Below, in pieces: positions 22,028-34,720 of a stretch of DNA of 64,000 nt. The stretch covers positions 153,731 to 217,730 of the forward strand of contig NZ_JBIITF010000004.1 in assembly GCF_044340635.1 (NCBI RefSeq), given 5' to 3'. The position numbers and the translations under genes are program-made. The DNA comes from Microbacterium sp. (lineage in GTDB: Bacteria; Actinomycetota; Actinomycetes; Actinomycetales; Microbacteriaceae). Under the pieces are notes generated by a model. It was not told the origin of the DNA. It saw nothing but the letters and a program-made list of their open reading frames with translations, and did not search any database. Each line of letters starts with the position of its first letter. Positions within the stretch are counted from its first letter, which is position 1.

Positions 22028-23551
22028 TCAGCCGCGCAGCATCGCGCGCACCGTTTGGATCGTATCGGCGTCGCGGGGTTCTTTGTCGGGCCGGTACCCC
22101 TTGACCCGGGCGAAGCGCAGGGCGACTCCGCCCGGGTAGCGGGACGAACGCTGGACGCCGTCGATCGCGATCTCGACGACGGTCACGGGTTCAACCCAGA
22201 GTACGTACGGATCGCGGCGCACCTCGATCGTCGGGAAGTGCGCGGTCTGCCACGCGAGCGTCTCATCGGTCATGCCCTTGAACGTCTTGCCCACCATGAC
22301 GAATCCGCCCGGCGGCCCGAATTCTCCTGTTGCGTCGAGCGCACCCAGATGGATGTTCGACAGCATGCCTGACCGGCGCCCCGAACCGGGCTCGACAGCC
22401 AGCACGACGAGGTCGAGCGTGTGCACCGGCTTGACCTTGACCCAGCTCGCACCTCGCCGCCCGGCGGCGTAGAGCGAATCAATGCCCTTGACCATGACGC
22501 CCTCGTGTCCTGCGGCGAGCGCCTCGCGGCCGATTCGCTCGGCCATTTCGGCATCGGCCGTGATCTCGCCGGGAATGCGGTGGTCCGGCGCGATCACGGC
22601 CAGAACGTCCAGCCGCGCGTTGAGGGGCTCGTCGATCAGGTCGTGCCCGTCGAGGTGCAGCACGTCGAAGAACCAGGGCCGGAGAGCGACCTCGCGCGCC
22701 GTTTCTGCGCCGAAACGTGCCATCGTGTCCTGGAACGCGCGCGGTGCATCGTTCTCGTCCAGCGCGAGGGTCTCGCCGTCCAGCACGACCTCACGCACCG
22801 GCATCCTCCGCACCACCTCGACGATCTCGGGCAGACGGTGCGTGATGTCCGCGAGGTTCCGTGTGAAGATCCGGACGTCCTCACCGCTCCGATGCACCTG
22901 GATGCGCGCGCCGTCGAGCTTGTACTCCACGGATGCCTCACCCACCGTCGCGATGGCCTCGGCGATCGAGGGGGCCGTACTCGCGAGCATCGGCTGGACG
23001 GCACGCCCGACCACGAGCCCCGTGTTCGCGAGGTCCTCCGGCGTGCCGGTCAGGGCGACTCGCGCTGTGCTCGCGAGATCCCCGGACAGCATTGCCGCAC
23101 GGCGCACGTCCGCGACGGGCCGGTCGGCGGCGCGGGCGATCGCATCAGTCAGCACACCCTCGAGCGCGCCGGTTCGCACCTCGCCGAGTAGCGCGCCCCG
23201 CAGCGCATCGCGTTCCCGCTCGGTGGAGGCGTCCATCAACTCGCGCAGGATCATCGCGCGTCGGTCCGCGGACCCCGAACCGGATGCCCCCGCGAGCCGC
23301 GTGAACCCGGCGTCCACATCCGTGATCGTGAGCGTCGGTGCGGCGGCGGCCGTCTCGAGCGTCGCCGCCAGGCTCCGCCACCCCACGCCGACCTTGCCCT
23401 GCCGGGGTCGACCGAGCAGCAGACCGACGGCAGCGACGATCTCGTCGGGCTCGAGCGCGCGAAGGAAGGTGGCGAGCACGTCGACCTTCGCGAGCCGAGA
23501 GCGCGTGGCACCCGCCGCGGCGGCCGTCGCCGCGAGTTCGTCGAACAGCAT
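22028..23551 (-). CDS. ligB: ATP-dependent DNA ligase (LigB type)
   Basis: EYKLDGARIQVH adenylation motif, EGVMVK, WVKVKP, ALRFARV. Confidence 0.93.
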   Translation of the reverse strand: MLFDELAATAAAAGATRSRLAKVDVLATFLRALEPDEIVAAVGLLLGRPRQGKVGVGWRSLAATLETAAAAPTLTITDVDAGFTRLAGASGSGSADRRAMILRELMDASTERERDALRGALLGEVRTGALEGVLTDAIARAADRPVADVRRAAMLSGDLASTARVALTGTPEDLANTGLVVGRAVQPMLASTAPSIAEAIATVGEASVEYKLDGARIQVHRSGEDVRIFTRNLADITHRLPEIVEVVRRMPVREVVLDGETLALDENDAPRAFQDTMARFGAETAREVALRPWFFDVLHLDGHDLIDEPLNARLDVLAVIAPDHRIPGEITADAEMAERIGREALAAGHEGVMVKGIDSLYAAGRRGASWVKVKPVHTLDLVVLAVEPGSGRRSGMLSNIHLGALDATGEFGPPGGFVMVGKTFKGMTDETLAWQTAHFPTIEVRRDPYVLWVEPVTVVEIAIDGVQRSSRYPGGVALRFARVKGYRPDKEPRDADTIQTVRAMLRG

Positions 23552-23640
23552 GGCGTCAGTCTGCCACCGGCCCCCGACACCGGGGCGATGGTCGCCGGGA
23601 CTGGTCTGCGCGCTGTCCTCCCCGGGATAGCGTGGGTGCG

Positions 23641-24765
23641 GTGACCCTCGACCTCGACACGCTGCGCCCGTTCCCCGATTCCGACGACCCCGACCTGCGC
23701 GCGCATGACGCCGCGGATCGCCTCCTGCTCGACGAGTCCGCCACCGCGCGACAGGGCCTCGAGCGGCAGGACATCGTCGTCATCGGCGACACGTACGGCG
23801 CGCTCGCACTCACGGTCGCGAGCGAGACGGATGGCTCCCCCGGCGTGGTCCGCGTGCACCAGGACCCCCTGTCGTCCGAGCGCGGGCTCGATGCCAATGC
23901 GCGGTCGATCGGCCTCGAAGCGTCCGTCGTCGCACTGCCGCTCGACGCCGAACTCGTGCGCGGCGCCCGCGTGGTGCTGCTGCGGCTGCCGCGCTCGCTC
24001 GAGGCGCTGCACGACATCGCGGGCCTCATCGCCGCTCACGCTGCGCCCGACGTCGTCGTGTTCGCGGGCGGGCGGCTCAAGCACATGAGCCTCGGCATGA
24101 ACGACGTACTGCGCGAGTATTTTGCGACGCTCGACGTCTCGCACGCGCGGCAGAAGTCCCGGGTGCTCATCGCGCGTGCCCCGCAGAACGGACACGACCC
24201 GGTCCCCACGCGCGCGCATCACGACGGCGTGATCGTCTGCGCGTTCGGGGGCGTGTTCGCGGGTGCGAGCCTCGACATCGGCACGCGGCTCCTGATCGAC
24301 AACCTGCCCGACACGATTCCCGGCGAGGACGACGACGCGGCCATCGATCTGGCGTGCGGCAACGGGATCGTCGGCGCAACGCTGGCGCTCCGGTATCCGA
24401 GCCTGCGCGTCTACGCGTCGGACGAGTCATCCGCCGCCGTCGCCTCCGCTCGCGCGACCGCCGTCGCCAACGGGATCGAAGACCGGATGTCCGTGGCCCG
24501 TGACGACGCTCTGTCGGCGTTGCCCGACGCGAGCGCGTCGTTCATTGCTCTGAACCCGCCGTTCCACCGCGGCGCGGCGATCGACGAGACGATCGCGCGC
24601 CACCTGTTCGCGGACGCCGCTCGCGTGCTGCGCCCGGGCGGCGAGCTCTGGACGGTGTGGAACTCGGCGCTGCAGTACCGCCAGCCGCTGGAGCGCCTCG
24701 TCGGCCCGACGCGTCAGGTCGCCCGCACGTCGAAGTTCACCGTGACGTTCTCAACCCGCCGCTGA
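23641..24765 (+). CDS. Class I SAM methyltransferase, RlmG/RsmC (MTS) family
   Basis: AHDAADRLLL, HARQKSR, LDIGTRLL, DLACGNG, NPPFH. Confidence 0.85.
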   Translation: MTLDLDTLRPFPDSDDPDLRAHDAADRLLLDESATARQGLERQDIVVIGDTYGALALTVASETDGSPGVVRVHQDPLSSERGLDANARSIGLEASVVALPLDAELVRGARVVLLRLPRSLEALHDIAGLIAAHAAPDVVVFAGGRLKHMSLGMNDVLREYFATLDVSHARQKSRVLIARAPQNGHDPVPTRAHHDGVIVCAFGGVFAGASLDIGTRLLIDNLPDTIPGEDDDAAIDLACGNGIVGATLALRYPSLRVYASDESSAAVASARATAVANGIEDRMSVARDDALSALPDASASFIALNPPFHRGAAIDETIARHLFADAARVLRPGGELWTVWNSALQYRQPLERLVGPTRQVARTSKFTVTFSTRR

Positions 24766-24781
24766 CCTCCATCCGCAACAC

Positions 24782-24867
24782 CGAAACACCCCTGCTGCTA
24801 CGAAACACCCCTGCTGCGCTGAGACACCCTGTGTCGCGGGGTGTTTCGACGCGTTCGGGGTGTTTCG
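24782..24867. repeat. Nested hairpin (family C) with an extra 19-bp duplication
   Basis: CGAAACACCCCTGCTGC x2 (24782, 24801), GAGACACCC (24821), inverted GGGGTGTTTCG at 24838 and 24857. Confidence 0.85.
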
Positions 24868-24891
24868 CCAGGCCGCCCAGCGTATGCGCCG

Positions 24892-25077
24892 TTACGCGCG
24901 GGTGCGGCGCCTGTTCGACAGACCCGATACGAGGCCGTAGACGATCAGGCCGGCACCCATGGCCGTACCGAAGTGCCACCAGTCGCCGCCGCCGTTCACG
25001 TCGGCCAGCACGGACACGACGATGAGCACGGCGCCGAGCACGGCGGTGATGATGGACCACATCGATACGCTGTTCAC
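24892..25077 (-). CDS. Small two-TM membrane protein
   Basis: 61 aa with two hydrophobic segments; TAGGCT-N6-GTG leaderless-type start. Confidence 0.6.
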   Translation of the reverse strand: MNSVSMWSIITAVLGAVLIVVSVLADVNGGGDWWHFGTAMGAGLIVYGLVSGLSNRRRTRA

Positions 25078-25142
25078 CCGGTCAGCCTAGGTTCCGCCAC
25101 CAACCGACCGGCGGCACCCGATTCGTCGGCGTGTCGGCTCGT

Positions 25143-25412
25143 TCAGAAGACCTGAACGCCGGCGTAGGGAAGGAAGAACAGCAGCGCGAGGATGCCTCCC
25201 ACGACCTGCAGCGCGAGGAACACGAATCCCAGGATGATGGCCACGCGAGCGGGCGTGTTGGGCACGCCCGCCGCCTTGCTCTGAGACTGCGCGACGAACC
25301 CGAGGATGAGCCCGAGCAGCGCGATGAAGAAGACCGCGACGAGGGCGACGATCCCCAGCGTCTTGCCTGCTTCCACGGGGCGAACGGGCTGTGCGGATTC
25401 GGTGTAGGTCAT
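25143..25412 (-). CDS. Small membrane protein, DUF4190-like
   Basis: KTLGIVALVAVFFIALLGLILGFVAQSQSK...ARVAIILG. Confidence 0.65.
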   Translation of the reverse strand: MTYTESAQPVRPVEAGKTLGIVALVAVFFIALLGLILGFVAQSQSKAAGVPNTPARVAIILGFVFLALQVVGGILALLFFLPYAGVQVF

Positions 25413-25573
25413 GCGGGGCCTTTCAGGATGTGAGCGGAGCGTGCCGGAGTGGATCATCGGCGCGCGCAGGCTTGTCTACCCGCCCCTGCACATTCCCCCG
25501 TACACAGCTTGGCGAAACCGTAGCAGCAACGCCCGGCCTGCAGCGATTCACACGGACGGCGCCCGCCGCCGCG

Positions 25574-25640
25574 CGAAACACCCCTTCCGTGACGAGACAC
25601 CCCGCGTAGGCGGGTGTCTCGGCGCAAAAGGGGTGTTTCG
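25574..25640. repeat. Nested 67-bp hairpin (family C)
   Basis: CGAAACACCCCT..CGAGACACCCC-loop-GGGTGTCTCG..AGGGGTGTTTCG. Confidence 0.85.
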
Positions 25641-25669
25641 GCGCGAAGAGCGGAGAGCGGATGTCGGGG

Positions 25670-28813
<3,144 letters not shown>

Positions 28814-28832
<19 letters not shown>

Positions 28833-29245
28833 CGTTCCAATCCGTCGCTCACGCGATCGATGTCTTCCGGCGTGCCGAACAGTTCGAGCCGATACAAGTG
28901 CGGCACGTTGCACTTGCGGCTGATGATGTCGCCGGCGAGTCCGAATGACTCACCGAAGTTGGTGTTGCCTGCGGAGATGACTCCCCGGATCAGCTGGCGG
29001 TTGCGCTCCTCGTTGAGGAAGCGGATCACCTGCTTGGGAACGGCGCCCTTTTCTTCGCCCCGGCCCTTGCCCCCGCCGTACGTCGGGGTGACGAGCACGA
29101 ACGGCTCGTCGATCACGGGCGTGGACTCCCCCTGCAGAGGGATTCTGACCGCCGGCATCCCGAGCTTCTCGATGAACCGGGCGGTGTTGCCCGACACGCT
29201 CGAGAAGTAGACGAGCAGGGGCGTTTTCGTCGCCAGCTTGCTCAC
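28814..29245 (-). CDS. nrdI: Flavodoxin-like NrdI
   Basis: [28 protein letters not shown]; overlaps the nrdE start by 19 nt. Confidence 0.95.
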
Positions 29246-29269
29246 GTCGCACCTCCCGTGCGCCGGGCC

Positions 29270-29503
29270 TCAGGCCAGGCGCGTTGCGAGTTCGTCGATC
29301 TTGTCGGGACGGAAGCCCGACCAGTGGTCGCCGTCGGTGATGACGACGGGCGCCTGGAGGTAACCCAGTGCCTTGACCTGCTCGAGTGCGGACGGATCCT
29401 GCGACAGGTCGAGTACCTCGTATTCGAGGCCCTTCGAGTCGAGGGCGCGGTAGGTTGCGGTGCACTGGACGCAGGACGGCTTCGTGTAAACGGTGATTGC
29501 CAT
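29270..29503 (-). CDS. nrdH: Glutaredoxin-like NrdH
   Basis: ITVYTKPSCVQC, QAPVV, WSGFRPDKI. Confidence 0.96.
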   Translation of the reverse strand: MAITVYTKPSCVQCTATYRALDSKGLEYEVLDLSQDPSALEQVKALGYLQAPVVITDGDHWSGFRPDKIDELATRLA

Positions 29504-29573
29504 TTCGGCCTTCATCCCCTTATTCATCGGTCTTCTTGGTTGCTTGAGCCGGCGTCCCCCCACCGGGAGTCCA

Positions 29574-29621
29574 ATACTACATATGGGTACCGACACCGGA
29601 AGGCACCACAAGGGGTAGTAG
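29574..29621. promoter_or_regulatory. Tandem NrdR boxes
   Basis: ATACTACATATGGGTA (29574) and CCACAAGGGGTAGTAG (29606) fit acaCwAtATaTwGtgt; starts 32 bp apart, upstream of nrdH. Confidence 0.75.
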
Positions 29622-29667
29622 TTACATTCGTGTAGTTCTCCACCGCCTCTCCCCTTAACAACACAGG

Positions 29668-29811
29668 TTGTCCACCGATTCATCCACAGGCAGCCGATTG
29701 ATTTCGAACCTGAAGAATCGCTGAATAACGCCACATTCGGATGCCCCGGCCCGAGCTATCCACAGGGGTGACGATATGGGGGACCTCCGACATCCGGATT
29801 CCTGTGGACAA
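29668..29811. promoter_or_regulatory. Cluster of four DnaA-box-like 9-mers
   Basis: TTGTCCACC 29668, TCATCCACA 29680, CTATCCACA 29756, TGTGGACAA (= TTGTCCACA on the minus strand) 29803. Confidence 0.6.
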
Positions 29812-29819
29812 CGTCGACA

Positions 29820-29870
29820 CGGCGTGTCGCGTCCCTCCTCGGCGTGTCGCATGCAGTGTCGGCGTGTCGC
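29820..29870. repeat. CGGCGTGTCGC x3 at a 20-bp period
   Basis: Identical 11-mers at 29820, 29840 and 29860 with different 9-nt spacers. Confidence 0.85.
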
Positions 29871-29895
29871 ACACCGGGACTACGATTGACCTCTC

Positions 29896-31101
29896 GTGGG
29901 CGCATATCGGGAACTGCTGAAGACGCCCGGCGTCGGCCGGATCATCGCCGCGCAGCTGACGGCGCGATTCCCGAACGGGATGATCTCGCTCGCTCTTCTT
30001 CTGCACATCGAGCACCTCACCGGTTCGTACGGCGCTGCGGGCCTCGTGCTGGCGGCGACATCGGTGGGTCAGGCCGTGGCCGGACCCGTCACGAGTCGCT
30101 GGATGGGCGTCTGGGGAATGCGCCGTGTCCTCACCTTGACGACCCTCGTCTGCGCCACCGCCATCCTGGTGCTCGGACTCGTTCCGATGGTGCTGCCGCT
30201 CACCATGGCATTCGGTCTCGTCGCGGGACTCGCCACCCCGCCGGTGCAGTCCGCGGTGCGGACGGTCTACCCCAAAATGGTCAACTCGCGGCAGCTCACG
30301 CCGCTCTTCTCCCTGGATGCCTCTCTGCAGGAGCTGATCTGGGTCTTCGCGCCCGTCGTCATCACGTTCGTCGCACTCCAAGCGGGCACGACCACCGCGA
30401 TGCTCCTGATCGTCGTGATCCTGCTGGGCGGATGCGCGTGGTTCATCATGTCGCCCGAGATCGGACGCGTTCGCATCCCGCGCAGCCGTCGCAAGATCGG
30501 AAAGGTGCTGGCCAAGCCGCCCGTGCTGCTGGCGACCGTCGTCGGGTTCCTCCTGATCGGTGCGTGCGCGGCGGTCGAGGCCGGCGTCGTCGCGACGTTC
30601 GGTCACGGCGGGTTCGAGGCCGGCATCGTGCTCGCGCTGTTCGCCATCGGGAGCCTCACGGGTGGTCTCAGCTTCGGCCACATCCCGATCGGGTCGTGGG
30701 CGATGGCGCGCCGCCTCACCGTCGTCGCGGTGGGCCTCATCCTGACAACGATCTCGCTCAACGTGTTCTGGATCGGCGGCACGCTCCTGCTCGCCGGCAT
30801 CGGGATCGCCCCGGCCCTCGCCGTCGTGTTCGCGATCACGAGCGCGAGCGTGAAGTTCAGCGACACGGCCGAGGCCTACGGATGGATCGGCACGGGGCAG
30901 CTCATCGGTGCCGCCGCGGGCTCGGCGATCGCGGGCTTCGTGATCGATGGCGCGGGCCCGACCGCCGCCTACTGGGCCGCGGCGATCTTCGCGGTGTTCG
31001 GCGTGATCGTCTCGGTCGTCTGGGTGCGCTCGTTCCCCGACCTGCGCGGCCGCGACGCGAGCCCCCAGCCCGACACGGAGCCCGTGCACACCATCACGTG
31101 A
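29896..31101 (+). CDS. MFS transporter
   Basis: About 12 hydrophobic segments; motif-A-like SRWMGVWGMRRVL. Confidence 0.88.
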   Translation: MGAYRELLKTPGVGRIIAAQLTARFPNGMISLALLLHIEHLTGSYGAAGLVLAATSVGQAVAGPVTSRWMGVWGMRRVLTLTTLVCATAILVLGLVPMVLPLTMAFGLVAGLATPPVQSAVRTVYPKMVNSRQLTPLFSLDASLQELIWVFAPVVITFVALQAGTTTAMLLIVVILLGGCAWFIMSPEIGRVRIPRSRRKIGKVLAKPPVLLATVVGFLLIGACAAVEAGVVATFGHGGFEAGIVLALFAIGSLTGGLSFGHIPIGSWAMARRLTVVAVGLILTTISLNVFWIGGTLLLAGIGIAPALAVVFAITSASVKFSDTAEAYGWIGTGQLIGAAAGSAIAGFVIDGAGPTAAYWAAAIFAVFGVIVSVVWVRSFPDLRGRDASPQPDTEPVHTIT

Positions 31102-31115
31102 CGCTCGAGAGTCGC

Positions 31116-31520
31116 TCAGACGATGCGAAGCAGCACGTGCAGCAGCGCGAGTGCGTAAGCATCCGCCGGTTCCGGATGCGTGAACACGACCGACTCACCC
31201 GCTATCTCGATCTCTATCTCGTGCGTGTCGGCCAGCCGCCGCAGCACGCGGAAGGTGCCACGCAGCAATTCGCGTAGCTGATCTTCGCGCGGCAGCCAGA
31301 GCGCATCCTCGAGCGCGACGGAATCCAGGGCCCACTCGGTCGTGCCGTTGAAGGCCAGGATGACTCCGGTCGGGTACTCCCGCGGCTCGATCGTCATCTC
31401 GCTGACGGTGAAGATATCGGCCTCGAACTCGGGTTCGTCGAGCTGGAACCGGTCCCCCGAGGCCGGATGCCAGACGAGTCCCGTCTCGCGCAGCGCGATC
31501 GCCAACTCGGTCGAGATCAT
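31116..31520 (-). CDS. Conserved actinobacterial hypothetical protein
   Basis: GLVWHPASGDRF, FNGTTEWALDS, LWLPREDQLRELL; CAAGAT-N6-ATG start. Confidence 0.7.
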   Translation of the reverse strand: MISTELAIALRETGLVWHPASGDRFQLDEPEFEADIFTVSEMTIEPREYPTGVILAFNGTTEWALDSVALEDALWLPREDQLRELLRGTFRVLRRLADTHEIEIEIAGESVVFTHPEPADAYALALLHVLLRIV

Positions 31521-31657
31521 GCATCCATCTTGCCGTCGCGGATGGGCGGAAGGGCCGAACCGACAGCGCCCCGCGCACTTCCGCCAGGTACGCGCCGTTT
31601 TCTGCCGAACTCGGCCGACAGCGCGTGCCCCCGGCTGCGCGTTCGTAGGCTGGATGC

Positions 31658-32419
31658 ATGACCGCACCCCTCGCGCTGCCCGCCCTCTCCTGGGGCACCA
31701 TCGACGCGCCCCGCCGTGCCCTCCTGATCCACGGACTCGGGTCGAGCGGCGCCCTCATGTGGCGGCTCGGCACGGCGCTCGGCGAGGCGGGCTGGACGGC
31801 GAGCGCCGTCGATCTGCGCGGGCACGGCTCGGCGCCCCGCGCGCTGGACTACACGATCGACGCGTTCGCAGCGGATGTCGCGGCCGCCACTCCCCCGCAC
31901 GGCGGCGCCTGGGACCTCGTGATCGGGCACTCGCTCGGCGGTGCCGCGGCCGTCGTCGCCTCGGCGGGGCGACCGGGCTGGGCGCGGCGGCTCGTGCTGA
32001 TCGACCCGGGCATCGTGGTACTGGGCGCCGATGCCGAGGCCGTGCGCGCGAGCCAGGAGCAGGCCTTCGCCGACAACCGCGAAGAACTCGTGCGCGCCGA
32101 GCACCCGGAGTGGCATCCGCAGGACATCGAGCTGAAGGTCGACGCGGTCGCGCGGGCGAGCCGCTGGGCGGTCGATCAGGTCGCCGTGCAGAATCCCGAC
32201 TGGGACGTCCGCGACGCGAGCGCGCGCGTGTCCGTGCCGACGCACGTGATCGGCGCCGACCCCGAGGTCTACAGCCTCTTCACGGGCGACGTGGCCGCGG
32301 GCGTGCTCGCGGCGAATCCGCGGTTCACGATGTCGATCGTGGCGGGTGCCGGGCACTCGCCGCATCGCGACAAGCCCGACGAGACGATGCGGCAACTGCT
32401 CGGGGTGCTCGAGAGCTGA
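31658..32419 (+). CDS. Alpha/beta hydrolase
   Basis: HGLGSS, DLRGHG, GHSLGG, AGHSPH. Confidence 0.88.
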   Translation: MTAPLALPALSWGTIDAPRRALLIHGLGSSGALMWRLGTALGEAGWTASAVDLRGHGSAPRALDYTIDAFAADVAAATPPHGGAWDLVIGHSLGGAAAVVASAGRPGWARRLVLIDPGIVVLGADAEAVRASQEQAFADNREELVRAEHPEWHPQDIELKVDAVARASRWAVDQVAVQNPDWDVRDASARVSVPTHVIGADPEVYSLFTGDVAAGVLAANPRFTMSIVAGAGHSPHRDKPDETMRQLLGVLES

Positions 32420-32486
32420 TTCTGCTCGGTCCGGTCGTCGCGAACACACGGCCCGCGATCGCCCCGAGCGGCGGGACAATAGAGGC

Positions 32487-33659
32487 GTGCCCGACTTCGA
32501 CCCCACCGCCTACCTGTCCGACGACCTGATCGAGCGCATCCGGTCGCGGGCGGGAGCACACGACCGCGAGAACACCTTCCCCGAGGACGACCTCGCCGAT
32601 CTGCGCGCGGCGGGCTACCTCGCGATCCTCGTGCCCGAAGACCGCGGCGGCGCCGGACTCGGCCTCGGCGAGGCATCCGTTCTGCAGCAGCGTCTCGCGG
32701 GCGCGGCACCCGCGACCGCCCTCGCGATCAACATGCACCTGGTGTGGACAGGGGTCGCGAAGGTGCTGCAGGACCGCGGCATCGACGACCTCGCGTTCGT
32801 GCAGACGGGCGCCGCCGCGGGTGAGGTCTTCGCCTTCGGCATCAGCGAGGCCGGCAACGACCTCGTGTTGTTCGGCAGCGACACGGATGCCTCGCCGCTC
32901 CCCGACGGCGGCTACACCTTCACGGGCACGAAGATCTTCACCTCGCTCGCACCCGTCTGGTCGCACCTGGGCCTGCACGGCCTCGACACCACATCCGCCG
33001 ACGGCCCGAAGATGGTCTACGCCTTCGTCTCGCGCGACGAAGAGACCGCGGGCCGCATCACGACGCGGGACGACTGGGACACCCTCGGCATGCGCGGCAC
33101 GCAGAGCCGCACGACCGAGCTGCACGCGGCCGTTGCGCCCGCGGACCGCGTTGTGCGCCGCATCGACCCGGGTCCCCAGCCCGACCCGTTGGTGTTCGGC
33201 ATCTTCAGCGTCTTCGAGATCCTGCTCGCCTCGGTCTATACCGGCATCGCGCGCCGGGCACTCGACGTCGCCGTCGCGACAGCCCAGACCCGCACGTCGA
33301 AGAAGACCGGCACGACGTACAGCCAGGATCCCGACATCCGCTGGCGCATCGCCGACATGGCGCTCGCGTACGACGCCCTGCCGCCGCAGATCGCCGCGTT
33401 GGCCGCCGACATCGACGGGCTCGCCGACCACGGAGCGAAGTGGTTCTCGTTGCTCGCCGGGCTCAAGCACCGCGCGGTCGTGACCGCCAAGGCAGTCGTC
33501 GACGACGCAATCCTCGTCGCGGGCGGGTCGTCGTACTTCGCGGGGTCCGAGCTCGCGCGGCTCTATCGCGACGTGCTCGCAGGCCAGTTCCACCCCTCCG
33601 ACCCCGAATCGGCGCACTCGACCGCCGCGACCGCCTGGCTCGGCCCGATCGCGCGCTGA
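32487..33659 (+). CDS. Acyl-CoA dehydrogenase-fold flavoprotein
   Basis: VPEDRGGAG, INMH, FTGTKIFTS, WDTLGMRGTQS, LARLYRDV. Confidence 0.88.
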   Translation: MPDFDPTAYLSDDLIERIRSRAGAHDRENTFPEDDLADLRAAGYLAILVPEDRGGAGLGLGEASVLQQRLAGAAPATALAINMHLVWTGVAKVLQDRGIDDLAFVQTGAAAGEVFAFGISEAGNDLVLFGSDTDASPLPDGGYTFTGTKIFTSLAPVWSHLGLHGLDTTSADGPKMVYAFVSRDEETAGRITTRDDWDTLGMRGTQSRTTELHAAVAPADRVVRRIDPGPQPDPLVFGIFSVFEILLASVYTGIARRALDVAVATAQTRTSKKTGTTYSQDPDIRWRIADMALAYDALPPQIAALAADIDGLADHGAKWFSLLAGLKHRAVVTAKAVVDDAILVAGGSSYFAGSELARLYRDVLAGQFHPSDPESAHSTAATAWLGPIAR

Positions 33660-33688
33660 CCCGTGATCCGCCTGGCAGGATCGGAGGC

Positions 33689-34711
33689 ATGCCTGCGGAC
33701 TCCCTGCCCCCTGTCGCCCTGCCCTCGGTGGAACTCGGCGACGGACTGACTGTCACCGCCCTGGGATACGGGGCGATGAGCCTGACGGATGTCTACGGCC
33801 CGGTCGACGACGACACCGCGCTCGCGACGCTCACGCACGCGATCGATTGCGGCATCCGCTTCATCGACACCGCAAACGTGTACGGCGACGGCCGCAGCGA
33901 ACGGATCATCTCGCGGCTGCTGCAGACCCGCCGCGACGAGGTCGTGCTCGCCACCAAGTTCGGCATCCACGGCGGCACCGCGGGCAAGCGCGGGGTGCGC
34001 GGGACGCCCGAGTACGTGCACGAGCAGATCGACCTCAGCCTGCAGCGCCTCGGCACCGACCACGTCGACCTCTACTATCAGCACCGCGTCGACCCCGACA
34101 CCCCCATCGAAGAGACCGTCGGAGCGATGGCCGAACTCGTCGCCTCCGGCAAGGTGCGCCACCTCGGGCTCTCCGAGGCGACGGCCGACGAGCTGCGCCG
34201 CGCCAACGCCGTGCACCCGATCGCCGCGCTCCAGACCGAGTGGAGCGTGCTGAGCCGCGATGTCGAGCGCGCGGTGATCCCCGCCGCGATCGAGACCGGC
34301 ACCGCGTTCGTGCCCTATTCGCCGTTGAGCCGGGGATGGCTCGGCGACGACTTCGACGCGACGCGCATCGGCCCGGGCGATATGCGTTCGAACTTTCCGC
34401 GATTCGCGCCCGAGAACCTGGCGGCGAACGCAGCGCTTCGCGACGAGTATCTGCGGGTCGCGCACGAGGCGGGCCTCACCGGCACCGAGCTGGCCTTCGC
34501 CTGGCTCTTCAGCCGCGCCGCCAGCCTCGGCATCCCGATCGCCCCGATCCCCGGCTCGCGCTTCGCCGCGCACGTGGACGGATGGATGGGTGGGGTCGGT
34601 GTGACCCTCGACGTCGAGACGATGGCACGCCTGGACGGCTTCGCCGACCGGGTGCAGGGCGCGCGCAGCTTCGACCGCAACTGGACGAGCCTGCGCGGTG
34701 AGCCCGTGTAG
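33689..34711 (+). CDS. Aldo/keto reductase
   Basis: LGYGAMSL, FIDTANVYG, LATKFG, DLYYQHRVD, GLSEA, PYSPLSRG. Confidence 0.9.
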   Translation: MPADSLPPVALPSVELGDGLTVTALGYGAMSLTDVYGPVDDDTALATLTHAIDCGIRFIDTANVYGDGRSERIISRLLQTRRDEVVLATKFGIHGGTAGKRGVRGTPEYVHEQIDLSLQRLGTDHVDLYYQHRVDPDTPIEETVGAMAELVASGKVRHLGLSEATADELRRANAVHPIAALQTEWSVLSRDVERAVIPAAIETGTAFVPYSPLSRGWLGDDFDATRIGPGDMRSNFPRFAPENLAANAALRDEYLRVAHEAGLTGTELAFAWLFSRAASLGIPIAPIPGSRFAAHVDGWMGGVGVTLDVETMARLDGFADRVQGARSFDRNWTSLRGEPV

Positions 34712-34720
34712 GAGCGCGGC

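Noticed and set aside
29820-29870. Possible mini-CRISPR (repeat-spacer pattern)
   Set aside because: An 11-bp repeat and 9-bp spacers are far too short.
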